64,000 nucleotides of DNA from contig NC_057720.1 in assembly GCF_004010195.1 (NCBI RefSeq), forward strand, positions 20,228,092 to 20,292,091, written 5' to 3'. The DNA comes from Chiloscyllium plagiosum (Eukaryota). Shown one piece after another: positions 34,647 to 47,879 of this stretch (its first letter is position 1; the number at the start of each line of letters is the position of its first letter). Position numbers and translations under genes: made by a program. The notes beneath the pieces are model-generated. The model saw only the letters and a list, made by a program, of their open reading frames with translations. It was not told where the DNA came from and did no database searches.

Positions 34647-35696
34647 GTTAACCCAGCTAACCTTAGGTAAATATAAACAGAATGTGCTCTCAGTGTTTTA
34701 ACATTTCATCCAGTTCTCAAACAGCATAAGTATTTACTTGACTCACAATTGCTATTATAAATTTCATAATGTCCCTTTACCCTTTTCAGTTATTTGTAAT
34801 AGAAGTCTTTATCAGGGCTTCAAATTGCTATCGTTCTTCATCACTTATAAGAGTTTGTTAGTTTTTTTTAAATATTAAAATTGCTTTTGATTTCATGTTC
34901 AGCCTCAGTGTTCCAGTCTCCCATGTTTTTCATTTGTTTCATGTTGAATATATTCTCCATCACCCTTAAAAATAGCCTTTAGGGATTTTAGTTCACTTCA
35001 TCCCATGCTTTTTTTCTGGTTTTGGTTCCTGTTTATTCTCACTAAGATTAATTTTACAAACTTAAATAATGATTTTCACATCTGCCTTGCTATATTTATC
35101 TTTACCCTTCATTACACTAACGCAGACAGAATTGCAAGTGTTCGCCCACGTTCTCCCAGATTACTGCTGCAAAGCATTTAGTGTAACTCGTCATCTGTGG
35201 AAGTAGACTGCTTTCTAGGTTGAGAAACAACGAATATTCTATCGACAGAAACATGTGAACATACATCTCTCCCTTTCAACCGTCCTTGACTTTCTTGCCT
35301 GGAATGCAGTACTAGTCCAGGCTTATTAAATCATAATTCTCCATAGTTGTCTTGACTTGCAGAAGTGTGCGCTGTCTTTCTGCTGTTCACCTCAAGCTGT
35401 TCCATTTTATTATTTTGTTGGTGTGATTGCTGCCATGTCCTATCTAAATTGTTTCTCACTACTCCATCCATTTATTCAGCAGTTACTTTATCATCTGTTA
35501 ATATTGCTACCACTTATTTGGCTATAGTTTTAGGTTTAGTTTTGCAAAGAATCTTTGTCATTTCTTAGTTTTGTTCTGTATGGGTCTGAAAGGGTTAATA
35601 TCTGAGAGCATGTGATTGGTACCACCCACTGTGTTTATGTCATATGGAGTTAGAGACATAATCTGAAGATGGAGACTGAGGGAGGTACACTCTTGT

Positions 35697-36003
35697 ATTA
35701 GATTAGATTACCTACAGAGTGGAACAGGCCCTTCGGCCCAACAAGTCCACACTGACCCTCCGAAGAGTAACCCGCCCAAACCCATTTCCCTCTGACTAAT
35801 TAACCTAACACTAGAATAGCAATTTAGAATGCCAAATCACCTGACCCACACATCTTTGGACTGTGGGAGGAAACCGGAGCACCCGGAGGGAACCCACAGA
35901 CATGGGGAGAACTCCACACAGACAGTCACCCAAGGCAGGAATCGAACCTGGGTCCCTGGCACTGTGAGGCAGCAGTGCTAACCACTGAGCCACCGTGCCG
36001 CCC
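35697..36003 (-). mobile_element. HE1-type V-SINE
   Basis: Same head and core; (TAATC)n tail. Confidence 0.9.
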
Positions 36004-36194
36004 ATTCTGCACACAGTTTATTTTAATATAATAAATGTTTTACTGTTGAACACAACAACCCTTCGAGTTCTTTAGGTTGTTGGACCTGGGTAGGACTTAG
36101 CCCGTAAAACAAGCAAGTTCTATGTTATCTTGATATTGCAACCTCTGATTAAAAATGCAAATAAAGATTGTTCAATGAACACCTGCCCTTTTTA

Positions 36195-36880
36195 AAAATT
36201 TATTTATGGGATGTTGCTGCAACCATTCATTGCAGGTAAACTCACAAAGCCCTTAGGGAGGGCATTCCAGGGTTTTAACTCATTGATACTGAAGGGATGG
36301 CAATATATTTCCAAATCAGGATGCAGTGTGGCTTGGAGAGGTACTTGCAGATGGTAAGTTCCTATGTATCTGACACCCTTGTCCTTCTAGTTTGGATTAG
36401 CCTTGAGTTTCAAAGGTGCTGGCTAAGGACCTTTGGAGAATTTCTGCAATGCATCTTATAGATAGTACACACAGAGCATCAAGAGTGGAAAGGAAGGGTG
36501 TTTGTGGATGTGATGCCAATCAAGCAGGGGTGTTTTCTGTTGGATGATGTTAAACTTCTTGAGTGTTGTCGGAGCTGCAAGTGGGGAATATTCTATCACA
36601 CCCCTGACTTGTGCCATGTAGATGGCGGAATAGGCTTTGGGAAGTCATTAAATGAGTTACCTATTACAGAATTCCTAATGTTTGACCTGTCACAGTAGCC
36701 ACAGTACTTATATGGCTAGTCCAGTTCAGTTTCTGGTGAATGATAATCCCCACGATGTTCATAGTAGATATGATATTCGTAGTTTGTATGATGTTCACAG
36801 TTTGTATTATGGTAATGCCTTAGGGTGAGGATTAGAGTCTCCCTTATTGGACATGGACATTGCCTGCATTTGTGGGGCTT
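36195..36880 (-). mobile_element. Old LINE 3' portion (CR1/L2 group)
   Basis: Homologous to 660-870 and 4480-4740. Confidence 0.6.
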
Positions 36881-37031
36881 GCCTGAGCTTACTGAATCTT
36901 ACCATTCTAACTGAAACACCCAGAAGCAACTCAAAAGGTCAGCTTACTGGATTCAGTTAGGTGGATATAAGGGTCTGGTAAAATAACAGCTATGTCTGGC
37001 GGCACTATACTTGACAGTGCTAATCTAGGCC

Positions 37032-37332
37032 TCATTTTAGTATAAAGTTAAAAATCACACAAAACCAGGTTATAGTCCGGCAGGTTTAATTGGAAGCACT
37101 AGCTTTCGGAGCGCCGCTCCTTCATCAGGTGGTTGTGGAGTGCACAATTGTAAGACACAGAATTTATTGCAAAAGTTTACAGTGTGATGTAACTGAAATT
37201 ATACATTGAAAAATACCTTGACTGTTTGTTAAGTCTGTTGGAATGACCATGATAGTTTCACTTCTTTCATATGTAATTTTTAACTTTGTACACCCCAGTG
37301 CAACACCAGCATCTCCAAATCATTTTAGTATA
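37032..37332. mobile_element. PLE family B insertion with inverted tail, 13-bp TSD
   Basis: TCATTTTAGTATA at 37032-37044 and 37320-37332. Confidence 0.8.
37097..37131 (-). ncRNA. Minimal type I hammerhead ribozyme motif (family B), intact
   Basis: Minus strand CAC-CTGATGA-A-GGAGC GGC GCTCC-GAAA-GC-TA-GTG. Confidence 0.7.
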
Positions 37333-38919
37333 GGAAACTTCAGCCTTGGATCAAAAACTTACAAGTGAACAGTGCCTTAAATGTAGTAAAGCATTCTACA
37401 GTGTTTTATTTGGGACCTCACTCTCATGTCTAATGTATGAAATCATACTTTGGGTCAATTAATTATTTCATCACCTCCTCTGTAAAGCATTCTTTCCATC
37501 TTTAATACTCAGAGGTTGGCAGTGATCACTTGCAAAAGTGTCAAAGCTATCAGAACTTCCTTATAACTTTATCTGGATATTTTGAATATTTACTTTTCAG
37601 TGAGTTCTGGCACAGTTTCTGGACTGTAACTTAAATACACTTGGTGATGTTATATCTTTCATTTCTCCCTCTTAGAGTTTCTTCTCTGCCAATGTTCCTT
37701 GGTCCCACTTAGGCTTACTTGCTGGTTTGGCTTCATTGCACATTTCCTGTTGTTCTGTAAGTCATTATTTTAAAGGCAGCATTCTCAGAGACCTTATTCA
37801 AAGCGTAAAGAGAGACACGAGCCTGTACAAAAAAGAAATCAAAACCTCATAACTAACTTTCTGCTGTTTGGAAGAAATTAACAGAATGACTAAGAGTCAT
37901 ATAAATTCTGCAAGCATTTTGGATGCAATGTCAACATTCTAATATAATAGTAACAGAGAATATTGTTGTATAAGGTAATGGTTCTGAAGGAACCAAATTT
38001 TTTTGGTTGTATTAAGATGATGTCACGCACAATCTGTGGGTGGAGACAGGGATTTCGACACTAGTCTTCATTGAGATCAGATGTAATTGGTATAGCTCCC
38101 GAGAGTTCTAGTAGTTCTGCGTGGCTTGTAGTGTAGTTGTACTTATTGCAATTACATAACATAGTGACTTGTTAACTAAGAACAGTGCCTCTTCTGTAAA
38201 GATTCTATCTTGGTGTATGTTCTACCACTGATCATCAGACCCAAGCCAAAAGCCCTGGACAGGGTAGAGACAAAGGAGGATTTAGTGACAGTGTACTACC
38301 TCAAACAATCCTTACTCTGAACCATTGGCAGAGTTTGCAGATGCCAGCAGAGAAGTGGCAATCAGAGAAATGCCCCAAATACCAAGGACAAAATCATCAA
38401 ATACTGTTTGTTCTTTACAGCACTTGTATAGAGAACAGAGTTCCTGTTTCAGGATGATTTTGGCCCTTTGACCTTTTCTTGCTTTAATAAGTTTTCCATT
38501 TGGCTCTTACCCAAATTGTTCATTTCATAGTGGTCTACTTCCCTTCTTTCATTTGCAAAGTTCTGAGCAGGGCCATCATTGACCTGTTTCTTTTCACAGA
38601 TGCTGCTTGACCTGCTAAGTACTGCGAGGATTTTCTGTTTGCATTTCAGACTTCCAGAATCTGCAGTATTTTGCTTTTGTATTCGTGAATACCATGATGT
38701 GTATCTATCCACTGATTTGTTAACTTTTCATTCTGACCATTTAAGTTGAGCCATTCGCAAGTTCACAAATAAAGTATTGATCTTTCATTCATCCTTTTAA
38801 AATCTGGCAAATTATTTAGTAGATAAGGTCAACACTTAATACCGCACACGAAATATTTCCAGATTTATCTCTGGCCTGTGTTGCACAAATGGAAATCCTA
38901 GTAGAAGGTCTATATCTAT

Positions 38920-39343
38920 GAATCACTACCATGTGCAAACAGGCCATTCAGTCCATCAAGTCCACACTGACTCTCTGAACAGCATCACATCCAGACCCAC
39001 CCCTCTACCCTATCCTTGTGACTCTGCATTTTCCTTGGCTAATTCCCCTACCTGCACATCTTTGGATTGTGGGAGGAAACTGGAGCATCAAGTCCACACT
39101 GACTCTCTGAACAGCATCACATCCAGACCCACCCCTCTACCCTATCCTTGTGACTCTGCATTTTCCTTGGCTAATTCCACTATCTTTGGATTGTGGGAGG
39201 AAACTGGAGCACCCAGAGGAAACCCACGCAGACACTGGGAGAATGTACAAACTCCGCACAGACAGTTGCCCGGGGTTGGAATTGAACCCAAGTCCATGGC
39301 GCTGTGAGGCAGCAATGCTAACTACTGATCCACCTTGTAGCCC
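38920..39343 (-). mobile_element. HE1-related V-SINE with internal 132-bp tandem duplication
   Basis: Unit starting CATCAAGTCCACACTGAC at 38954 and 39086. Confidence 0.85.
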
Positions 39344-39377
39344 TTATGAACCAAATTTTCACAAAAATCTTCCACTG

Positions 39378-42095
39378 TTGACCTAGTCTTGGGAAATAAG
39401 GCAGTGCAGGTGACTGAGGTGTCAGTGGGGCCAGCGATCATAATTCTATTAGTTTTAAACTAGTGATGGAAAAGGGTAGACTAGATCTAAAAGTTCAAGT
39501 TCTAAATTGGAGAAAGGTCAATTTTGATGGTATCAGGCAAGAACTTTCAAAAGCTGATTGGGGGCAGATGTCTGCTGGATGGCTGGAAAATGGGAAGCCT
39601 TCAGAAATGAGACAACGAGAGTCCAGAGACAGTATATTCCTGTCAGGTTGAAAAGAAAGGCTGGTAGGTATAAGGAATGATGGATGACTAAAGAAATAGA
39701 GGGTTTGGTTAAGAAAAAGAAGGAAGCATATGTCGGGTATAGACAGGCTACATCGAGTGAATCCTTAGAAGAGTATAAAGGCAGTAGGAGTATACTTAAG
39801 AGAGAGATCAGGAGGGCAAAAAGAGGACATGAGATAGCTTTGGCAAATAGAGTGAAGGAGAATCAAAAGGGTTTTTACAAATACATTAGGGACAAAAGGG
39901 AGAGAATAGGGCCCCTCAAACATCAGCAAGGCGCCCTTTGTGTGGAGCCGCAGGAGATATTGGAGATACTAAATGAGTAATTTGCATCAGTATTTACTGT
40001 TGAAAAAGACATGGAAGATATAGAATGTAGGGAAATAGACAGTGACAGCTTGAAAAATGTCCATATTACAGAGGAGGAAGTGCTGGATGTCTTGAAACGC
40101 ATAAAGGTGGAATAATCCCCAGGACCTGATCAGGTGTACTGGAGAACTCTGTGGGAAGTTGGGAAGTGATTGGTGGGCCTCTTACTGAGATATTTGTATC
40201 ATCGATAGTCACAGGTGAAGTGGCGAAAGACTGGAGGATGGCTAACGTGGTGCCACTGTTTAAGAAAGGTGGTAAGGACAAGCCAGGGAACTATAGACCG
40301 GTGAGCCTGAGGTCCATGATGGGCAAGTTGTTGGAGGGAATCCTGAAGGACAGGATGTACATGTATTTGGAAAGGCAAGGACTGATTAGGGATAGGAGAA
40401 AGTGAGGACTGCAGATGCTGGAGATCAGAGCTGAAAATGTGTTGCTGGAAAAGCGCAGCAGGTCAGGCAGCATCCAAGGAACAGGAGAATCGACGTTTCG
40501 GGCATAAGCCCTTCTTCAGGAAGCCTTTCCTGAAGAAGGGCGTATGCCCAAAACGTCGATTCTCCTGTTCCTTGGATGCTGCCTGACCTGCTGCGCTTTT
40601 CCAGCAACACATTTTCAGCACTGATTAGGGATAGTCAACATGACTTTGTGCGTGAAAAATCATGTCTCACAAACTTGATTGAGTTTTTTGAAGAAGTAAC
40701 AAAGAGGATTGATGAGGGCAGAGCGGTAGATGTGATCTATATGGACCTCAGTAAGGCATTTGTCAATGTTCCCCATGGGAGACTGGTTAGTAAGGTTAGG
40801 TCTCACGGAATACAGGGAGAACTAGCCATTTGAATACAAAACTGGCTCAAATGTAGAAGACAGAGGGTGGTGGTGGAGGGCTGTTTTTCAGACTGGAGGC
40901 CTGAGACCAGTGGAGTGCCATGAGGATCGATACTGGGTCCACTACTTTTCATCATTTATATAAATGATTTGAATGTGAGCACAAGAGGTATAGTTAGTAA
41001 GTTTGCAGATGACACCAAAATTGGAGGTGTAGTGGACAGTGAAGAGGGTTACCTCAGATTACTGATCCTTGTGTGACTCCACTGGTCTCAGGCCTCCAGT
41101 CTGAAAAACAGGCCTCCACTACCACCGTCTGTCTTCTACATTTGAGCCAGTTCTGTATTCAAATGGCTAGTTCTCCCTGTATTCCATGAGATCTAACCTT
41201 GCTAACCAGTCTCCCATGGGGACATTGACGATCAGATGGGCCATAGGGCTGAGAAGTGGCAGATGGAGTTTAATTTAGATAAATGCGATGTGCTACCTTT
41301 TTGGAAAGCAAATCTTAGCAGGATTTATACACTTAATGGTAACGTCCTGGGGAGTGTTGCTGAACAAAGAGACCTTGGAGTGCAGGTTCATAGCTCCTTG
41401 AAAGTGGAGTCGCAGGTGGATAGGATAGTGAAGAAGGTGTTTGGTATGCTTTCCTTTATTGGTCAGAGTACTGAGTACAGCAGTTGGGTGGTCATGTTGC
41501 AGCTGTACAGGACATTGGTTAGGCTACGGTCGAAATATTGCATGGAATTCTGGTCTCCTTCCTATCGGAAACATGTTGTGAAACTTGAAAGCGTTCAGAA
41601 AAGATTTACAAGGATGTTGCCAGGGTTGGAAGATTTGAGCTATAGGGAGAGGCTGAACAGGCTGGGGTTGTTTTCCCTGGAGCTTCAGAGGATGAGGGGT
41701 GACCTTATAGAGATTTACAAAATCATGAGGGGCACAGATAGGGTAAATAGACAAAATCTTTTCCCTGGGGTGGGAGAGTCCAGAACTAGTGGGCATAGGT
41801 TTAGGTTGAGAGGGGAAAGATATAAAAGAGACCTAAGGGGCAACTTTTTCACACAGAGGGTGGTATGTTGTGGAATGAGCTGCCAGTGGAAGTGTTGGAG
41901 GCTGGTACAATTGCAACATTTAAAAGGCATCTGGATGGGTATATGCATAGGAAGGGTTTTGGCCATGCTGATCCATTTTCCCCACATCACTGTTACTGGC
42001 AGATGGGACTAGATTGGGTTGGGATATCTGGTCAGCATGGTTGGGTTGGACTGAAGGGTCTGTTTCCATGCCGTACATCTCTATGACCCTATGAT
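39378..42095 (+). mobile_element. CR1 LINE (HER1-like), about 2.7 kb of disrupted ORF2 plus 3' tail
   Basis: DWRMANVVPLFKKGGKDKPGNYRPVSL, SCLTNLIEFFEEV, FADDTK, and a 258-aa C-terminal ORF 41236..42012; stops and frameshifts present. Confidence 0.95.
40381..40634. mobile_element. Hairpin of PLE family A end inserted in CR1, 15-bp TSD
   Basis: ACTGATTAGGGATAG at 40381-40395 and 40620-40634; about 95-bp near-perfect inverted arms with a hammerhead motif on each strand. Confidence 0.9.
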
Positions 42096-42714
42096 GTGGA
42101 AGTCCCATCTCCCAATTTCACATCCACACAGGCAGGAATCTCAAAATTAACAGAACCATTTAAACTCAGGGCAGAGTTCGAACAGCCCCCATTTTGTCTC
42201 TTCTGAAGGCCCGCAGTATCGGAGACACAAATTGATGGAATAAACATAAATTTTGTTGAAGTGTAGATAACTCGATAAAAGTTACATGATTTAAACTTGG
42301 GGGAGAAAGATTAGTTTTTTAGTATTCTGTGAGAGTTAAAAAGCAGCCTAACTGAAATATTCAAAGAATTGCGGATGTCGTATTCAGACGAAGGGTCACT
42401 GGATTAACTCTGCTTTCTCTCCTTAGATGCTGCCTGATCTGTTGAGCTTTTCCAGCAATTTCAGATTTTATAAAAAGAAGCCTCCTGAGTGATTTTAAAT
42501 TACAGCACAACTGGTGCATTGGTTGAAACATCAGTGACTGCTCCATGGTTTCAATAAAGTTCTTTGCTGACATTTTTCAAAAGTTGTTATTAAGTCATTA
42601 TGAATACTTGGTTTCGTTTCAAAAGGTAAATTAACTTTTTTTTTGTTCTGAACTCTCTGTTTGATTGTCAGTGAAAGGAGGTTATTAAAGGATTAGTTAT
42701 CTTTGATGCAGGTA

Positions 42715-42965
42715 CTGAATAGAAGTGTGCTGAAAATGTGTTGCTGGAAAAGCGCAGCAGGTCAGGCAGCATCCAAGGAGCAGGCGAATCGACGTTTCGG
42801 GCATGAGCCCTTCTTCAGGAATCATGCCCGAAAGGCTCATGCCCGAAACGTCGATTCTCCTGCTCCTTGGATGCTGCCTGACCTGCTGCGCTTTTCCAGC
42901 AACATATTTTCAGTTCTGATCCCCAGCATCTGCAGACCTCACTTTCTCCTGAATAGAAGTGTGCT
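42715..42965. mobile_element. Hairpin of PLE family A end, 17-bp flanking duplication
   Basis: CTGAATAGAAGTGTGCT at 42715-42731 and 42949-42965. Confidence 0.88.
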
Positions 42966-43619
42966 TGTTATTGAACAAAGTAGCCACTTGAGGACTTGGA
43001 AATTCTTTCAATAGATTTCAATAATGGCAGTTTTCTTTTCACCACTGAGTGGGTACGAATTCTGTTTTTGAAATTTTGTTTTCATTTCCATATCAGTTCT
43101 GGAGATTCTTCATGACAGAGTGTCATGAGGAACATGGTAGAGGTTATGAGTTGACATGGAGGTGTGAGGGAATAGGGAAATGAATGGGCACTTTGAGCTG
43201 CCGTGGATGGAGAATGGGAGATGTTAGAGGACATGTTGTGGTATGGTAGTAGCAGGGTGGATTGAGAAGCCCTGGAGGTGAGTGAGAAGCATAAATCGAC
43301 ATGCGGATATGAGAAGGCGTGGAGGTGAGGTGGAAGATGTGACGGGCTGTGATGGTTGGATAGTGCCTAAGAGCTTCTGAAACAAGTGGGATGAAATCCC
43401 AGCAAACTCAAACACCTTTGAAGCACTCTGTCCCAGCACTTGCCCACCTTCGTGTCTGTCTATGCTTTTTCTTCTGAGGCGAGAGGTCCTGACTTTATTA
43501 CAATCCTCTCCCTTCACCATGGAGCAAGTAAGCATTAGATCTAAACAGCCCCTTTAAAACAAGGCAGGTATACTGGGGCAGCACATTTCCCAGCAAGGGC
43601 TACCCACTTCCATAGTGAA

Positions 43620-44220
43620 AATAGAACATAATACATAGAAAAGTACAGCACAGAACAGGCCTTTTGGCCCACGATGTTGTGCCAAGATTTAATCCTAATG
43701 TAAAATATAGTAACTTAACCTATGCACCCCTCAATTTACTGCTATCCATGTGCATGTCCAGCAGTCACTTAAATGTCCCCAATGACTCTGCTTCCACCAC
43801 CTCAGCTGGCAACGCATTCCATGCATTCACAACTCTCTGCGTAAAGAACCTACCTCTGACGCCTCCTTTATACCTTCCTCCTCATATCTTCAAACTATGA
43901 TTCCCCATACCAGTCAATCCTGCCCTGGGGAAAAGTCTCTGGCTATTGACTCTATCTATTCCTCTCATTATCTTGTATACCTCGATCAGGTCACCTCTCT
44001 TCCTCCTTCTCTCCAGAGAGAAAAGTCCGAGCTTATTCAACCTCTCTTCGTAAGGCAAGCCCTCCAGTCCTGGCAGCATCCTAGTAAACCTTCTTTGTAC
44101 CCTCTCCAAAGCCTCTGTATCTTTCCTATAGTAGGGCGACCAAAACTGGACACAATATTCCAAGTGTGGTCTCACCAAGGACTGTAGAGCTGCAGCAAAA
44201 TCTCATGGCTCTTAAACTCG
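43620..44220 (-). mobile_element. CR1 LINE 3' portion
   Basis: [36 protein letters not shown]. Confidence 0.92.
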
Positions 44221-44599
44221 AGCTTTGTGGAAATGTGGAGCTTTTATCTCCTTAAAACTCTTTTACCTAACTTTTGGTTCCTTATCCAAATGTTTCTTTC
44301 ATTACCTTAAAAGCACTATCTAAATCTAAGCTGTTTTTGCACTGAGTTTAAGAAACTCATTAGCAATCCTGTGTCCTCAGCACTATTTGATTCCTGTCCA
44401 TGTCTTATGCATTTTCTGAACTTTCTGTGCTTTTTTATTATTTAAATTCATAGTTTAAATACTGAATGCCCCTGGGCAATGAAAGGGAGGAAAAATCAGC
44501 CACTTTTCCCTCTTTTAACATACTTGTTACAGTTTCTTGAGGAATGTACCCAGTAAAGATGATAGTGTATTCAGATACAGTGTATCAATTTGACAGTGT

Positions 44600-46392
44600 A
44601 CATTGATGCTCATTGATACAATGTATTGTATTTGCACTTGCAGAAAGCATTCATTAAAGTCAAACTCAACAAATTAGTGCACAAAATTAGGAATAATAGG
44701 CTGGGCTTCATATATAAGGCACAGATTGAGGATTGATTAAAAGCCAAAAAATGGAGAGTTGGAATAAACAGGATATTTTCAGTTGGCAAGCTGTAATGAG
44801 TGGAGTGCCTCAAAGATCAGTTCTAGGGTCTCAGCTATTTACAATCTTCACTTGTGACTTAGACGAGGGGACTGAGTTGTAATAGAGTCATAGAGTCATA
44901 GAGGTGTACAACATGGAAACAGACCCTTCGGTACAACCTGTCAATGCCGACCAGATATCCCAACCCAATCTAGTCCCATCTGCCAGCACCTGGCCCATAT
45001 CCCTCCAAACCCTTCCTATTCATATACCCATCCAAATGCCTTTTAAATGTTGCAATTGTACCAGCCTCCACCACTTCTTCTGGCAGCATATTCCCATCAT
45101 CTGCAAACTTACTAACTATACCTCCTACATTCACATCCAAAGCATTTATATAATTATAACGAAAAGCAGTGGACCCAGCACTGTAATGTGTCAGAGTTTG
45201 CTGATAATAAAAGGTGATGCCTCCTGACATCCCCCAAAAAGGTTCAGACTACCCATGCATACTTTGTCAAACACCCTGCCAGTAAAAAAACATGGTGACG
45301 GTCAAATAAGGACAATAAATATTAGTGAACAGGGTGGAATGATGTCACTGGCAGGAGTACTGTGCATGTGTGTTTTGCACATGTTTGCTGAGAGTGTTTT
45401 TGGGCTGTCTGCAGACATTCTCTGTTACAAAGTTAAGTTGGAAAGGAAGCAGTGAGAAGGATGAGCAATCACTGCTGAGGGTTACAAACAGGGTGGGTGC
45501 GTGTACAAGAACATGACAGGTCGAACACACCGTGGCCAAGTGTGAAGTTATCCACTTTGGTGGGAAACATGAAGAAGTAGGATATTCTTTGAGAAATTGA
45601 GTAGTAATATTTGTATTTAGAGGGATCGGCACATCCTTATACATGAATCACAAGCAGAGTCTAGATTAGAGTGGTGCTGGAAAAGCACAGCAGGTCAGGC
45701 AGCATCCAAGGAGCAGGAAAATCAACGTTTCGGGCAAAAGCCCTTCATCAGGAATGGAGGCAGGGTGCCTGCAGTTGACATCTAACTATAGGCCATAATA
45801 AGGCAGGCAAATGGTATGATACTTGTTATGACAAATGGATCGGAGTATCAGTCTTACTATGATACGTATTATAAGGCATTGTGAGGAGTATGGGGGTGCC
45901 CTTACTTAGGGAAAGAGATATTCTCCCTAAAGGAACAATCACAAAGGTTCACTGGACTGGTTTCTGAAATGAAGTGTATAAATTTTGATGAATAGCCTCG
46001 GCTTATATTCCCTAGCAATTAGAAGAATGAGAGGTGATCTAATTAAAACACATAACGTTCTTAAGGGCCTTCATAGAATCACAGGATAGATGCTGAGGGA
46101 AAGTTCCTTTGGCAGAAGAAACGAGACATGGAGTCCTAGTCTCAGAGAAAGGAGCCAGCCCTTTAAAGCTGAGGTGAATTTCTTCATTCGAGGAGTGGTG
46201 AACTGCTAGCATTCTCTGAAAACAATGAATGTTGCAGTAATTGATTGTATTGAAGATAGCTATTGATACATTTTTAGATACTAAAGGAGTCATGGGATAG
46301 TGTGGGGAAGAGGTCAAAGATCAGCAATGATCATGTTGAATGATGCCTTTAGAGTCTGAATGCCCTATTCCTTCTTCTATTTCTTGTGTTCT
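44600..46392 (+). mobile_element. Old CR1 LINE fragment carrying later insertions (minus CR1 44884-45182, PLE end about 45655-45775)
   Basis: SGVPQ, KCEVIHFG and RMRGDLI-like remnants in order along the plus strand. Confidence 0.65.
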
Positions 46393-46630
46393 TTATCAAA
46401 TCAACTCCTCAAATAGGAGTGAGTGAGAATATGGTTACATCTATATGTAATTGAATAGTCTGCCCAGACTTGTTGTTCAGGCTCTCACTTAGTGAGGTAC
46501 TGGAGGAATATTGACACCTGCACAATTACATCCCAACAAGAAGCAACAATGTTATAGGCGGAACTGTGGTCAGAAAGGAATTTCTCCCATCTTTCTCGTG
46601 CCTTTCTCAACCTCAACATGTCATGAAGTG

Positions 46631-46876
46631 CTTCATAGATGATTTGGAGATGCCGGTGTTGGACTGGAGTGTGCAAAGTTAAAACTCACACAGCACTAGG
46701 TTATAGTCCAATAGGTTTAATTGGAAGCACTAGCTTTCAGAGCACCACTCCTTCATCAGGTGGTCGATCATCAGCACAACCACTGATGAAGGAGCGACAC
46801 TCCGAAAGCTAGTGCTTCCAATTAAACCTGTTGAACTATAACGTGGTGTTGTGTGATTTTTAACTTCATAGACGAT
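46631..46876. mobile_element. Hairpin of PLE family B end
   Basis: Inverted arms centred near 46770; CTTCATAGA(T/C)GAT flanks both ends. Confidence 0.82.
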
Positions 46877-47529
46877 GAAATCCTTTGAAAGGTTTTCACT
46901 GTGATGTGGGGAAATGGAGCAGCAAGGCCCAGGAAACAACATTCTAATGGTCAGGGCTCTTTAGTGAGTTATCTGTTGTCTCCCTAACCATAATTGGCCC
47001 AGACATTGTCCCAATGATCAAAGTGGGCTGTTCTCCATATAAGTTGTTCCCATGGATCAGCATGGATGGTCCTTGACAAAGGTAAGGAGATCAGAAATTC
47101 TTGATAGAGAACTTGTTGTGGAGCTACGAGGCTTGAGGACAGCCCAGAGCAAGAGAGGAGAGGATAACATTGGTTACTCCTGACACACAATGATAGAACC
47201 AAAACTACTGGCCCTTTGACAGTACCTACTGCATATTTTTATGAATAGGGAAGTCACCACTACCCTCCCTGTTTAACCTATCAGCTAAGAATGGTACACA
47301 GACTCCGATAATGCCATATTTAAAGTAGGGCTCTGATATCTGTTCACTTTTGATTTAAAATCATAATCAGCCAGGTCAGGGCAGGAATGGAATAGTTTAA
47401 TTCCCCAATTGATTTGAAGTGAGACTGGAGGTTACATTACAATGCATGTCCCCAGTGCCTTGATAAAACCAGGACCTTCCCATAGAAACACTGGAGATGC
47501 AGCACTCCCCCTTTTTTCAATTGGGTGGT

Positions 47530-47856
47530 AGGAAAGGTAATGACCTAGTGGTATTATCGCTAGACTGTTAATCCAGAGACTAAAAAGGTTCCAGGGACCT
47601 GGGCTCGAATCCCACCACAGCTGGTGTAATTTGAACTCGGTAAAATCCAGAATCAAGAATCTGATGACTGTAAAGCCATTGTCAGTTGCTGGGCCCTTCA
47701 TGGGCAGAAACTGCCATCCTTGCCTGGTCTGTTCTACACGAGACTCGAGACCCACAGCAATATGGTTGACTCTTAACTGCCCCCTGGGCAATTAGGGTGG
47801 GCAATAAATGCTGGCCCAGCCAGTGCTGCCCTCATCCCATGAGTGAATAAAAAAAC
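47530..47856 (+). mobile_element. SINE family 2
   Basis: Match to 1098-1432. Confidence 0.8.
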
Positions 47857-47879
47857 TTTTCATTCATCTTCATGGAAAA

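Noticed and set aside
41236..42012. Longest ORF (258 aa) as a host gene
   Set aside because: It is the C-terminal part of CR1 ORF2 in a copy with upstream stops and frameshifts
43100..43620. ORF 43224..43535 as a Myb/SANT-like remnant
   Set aside because: Resemblance too weak to support without a profile search
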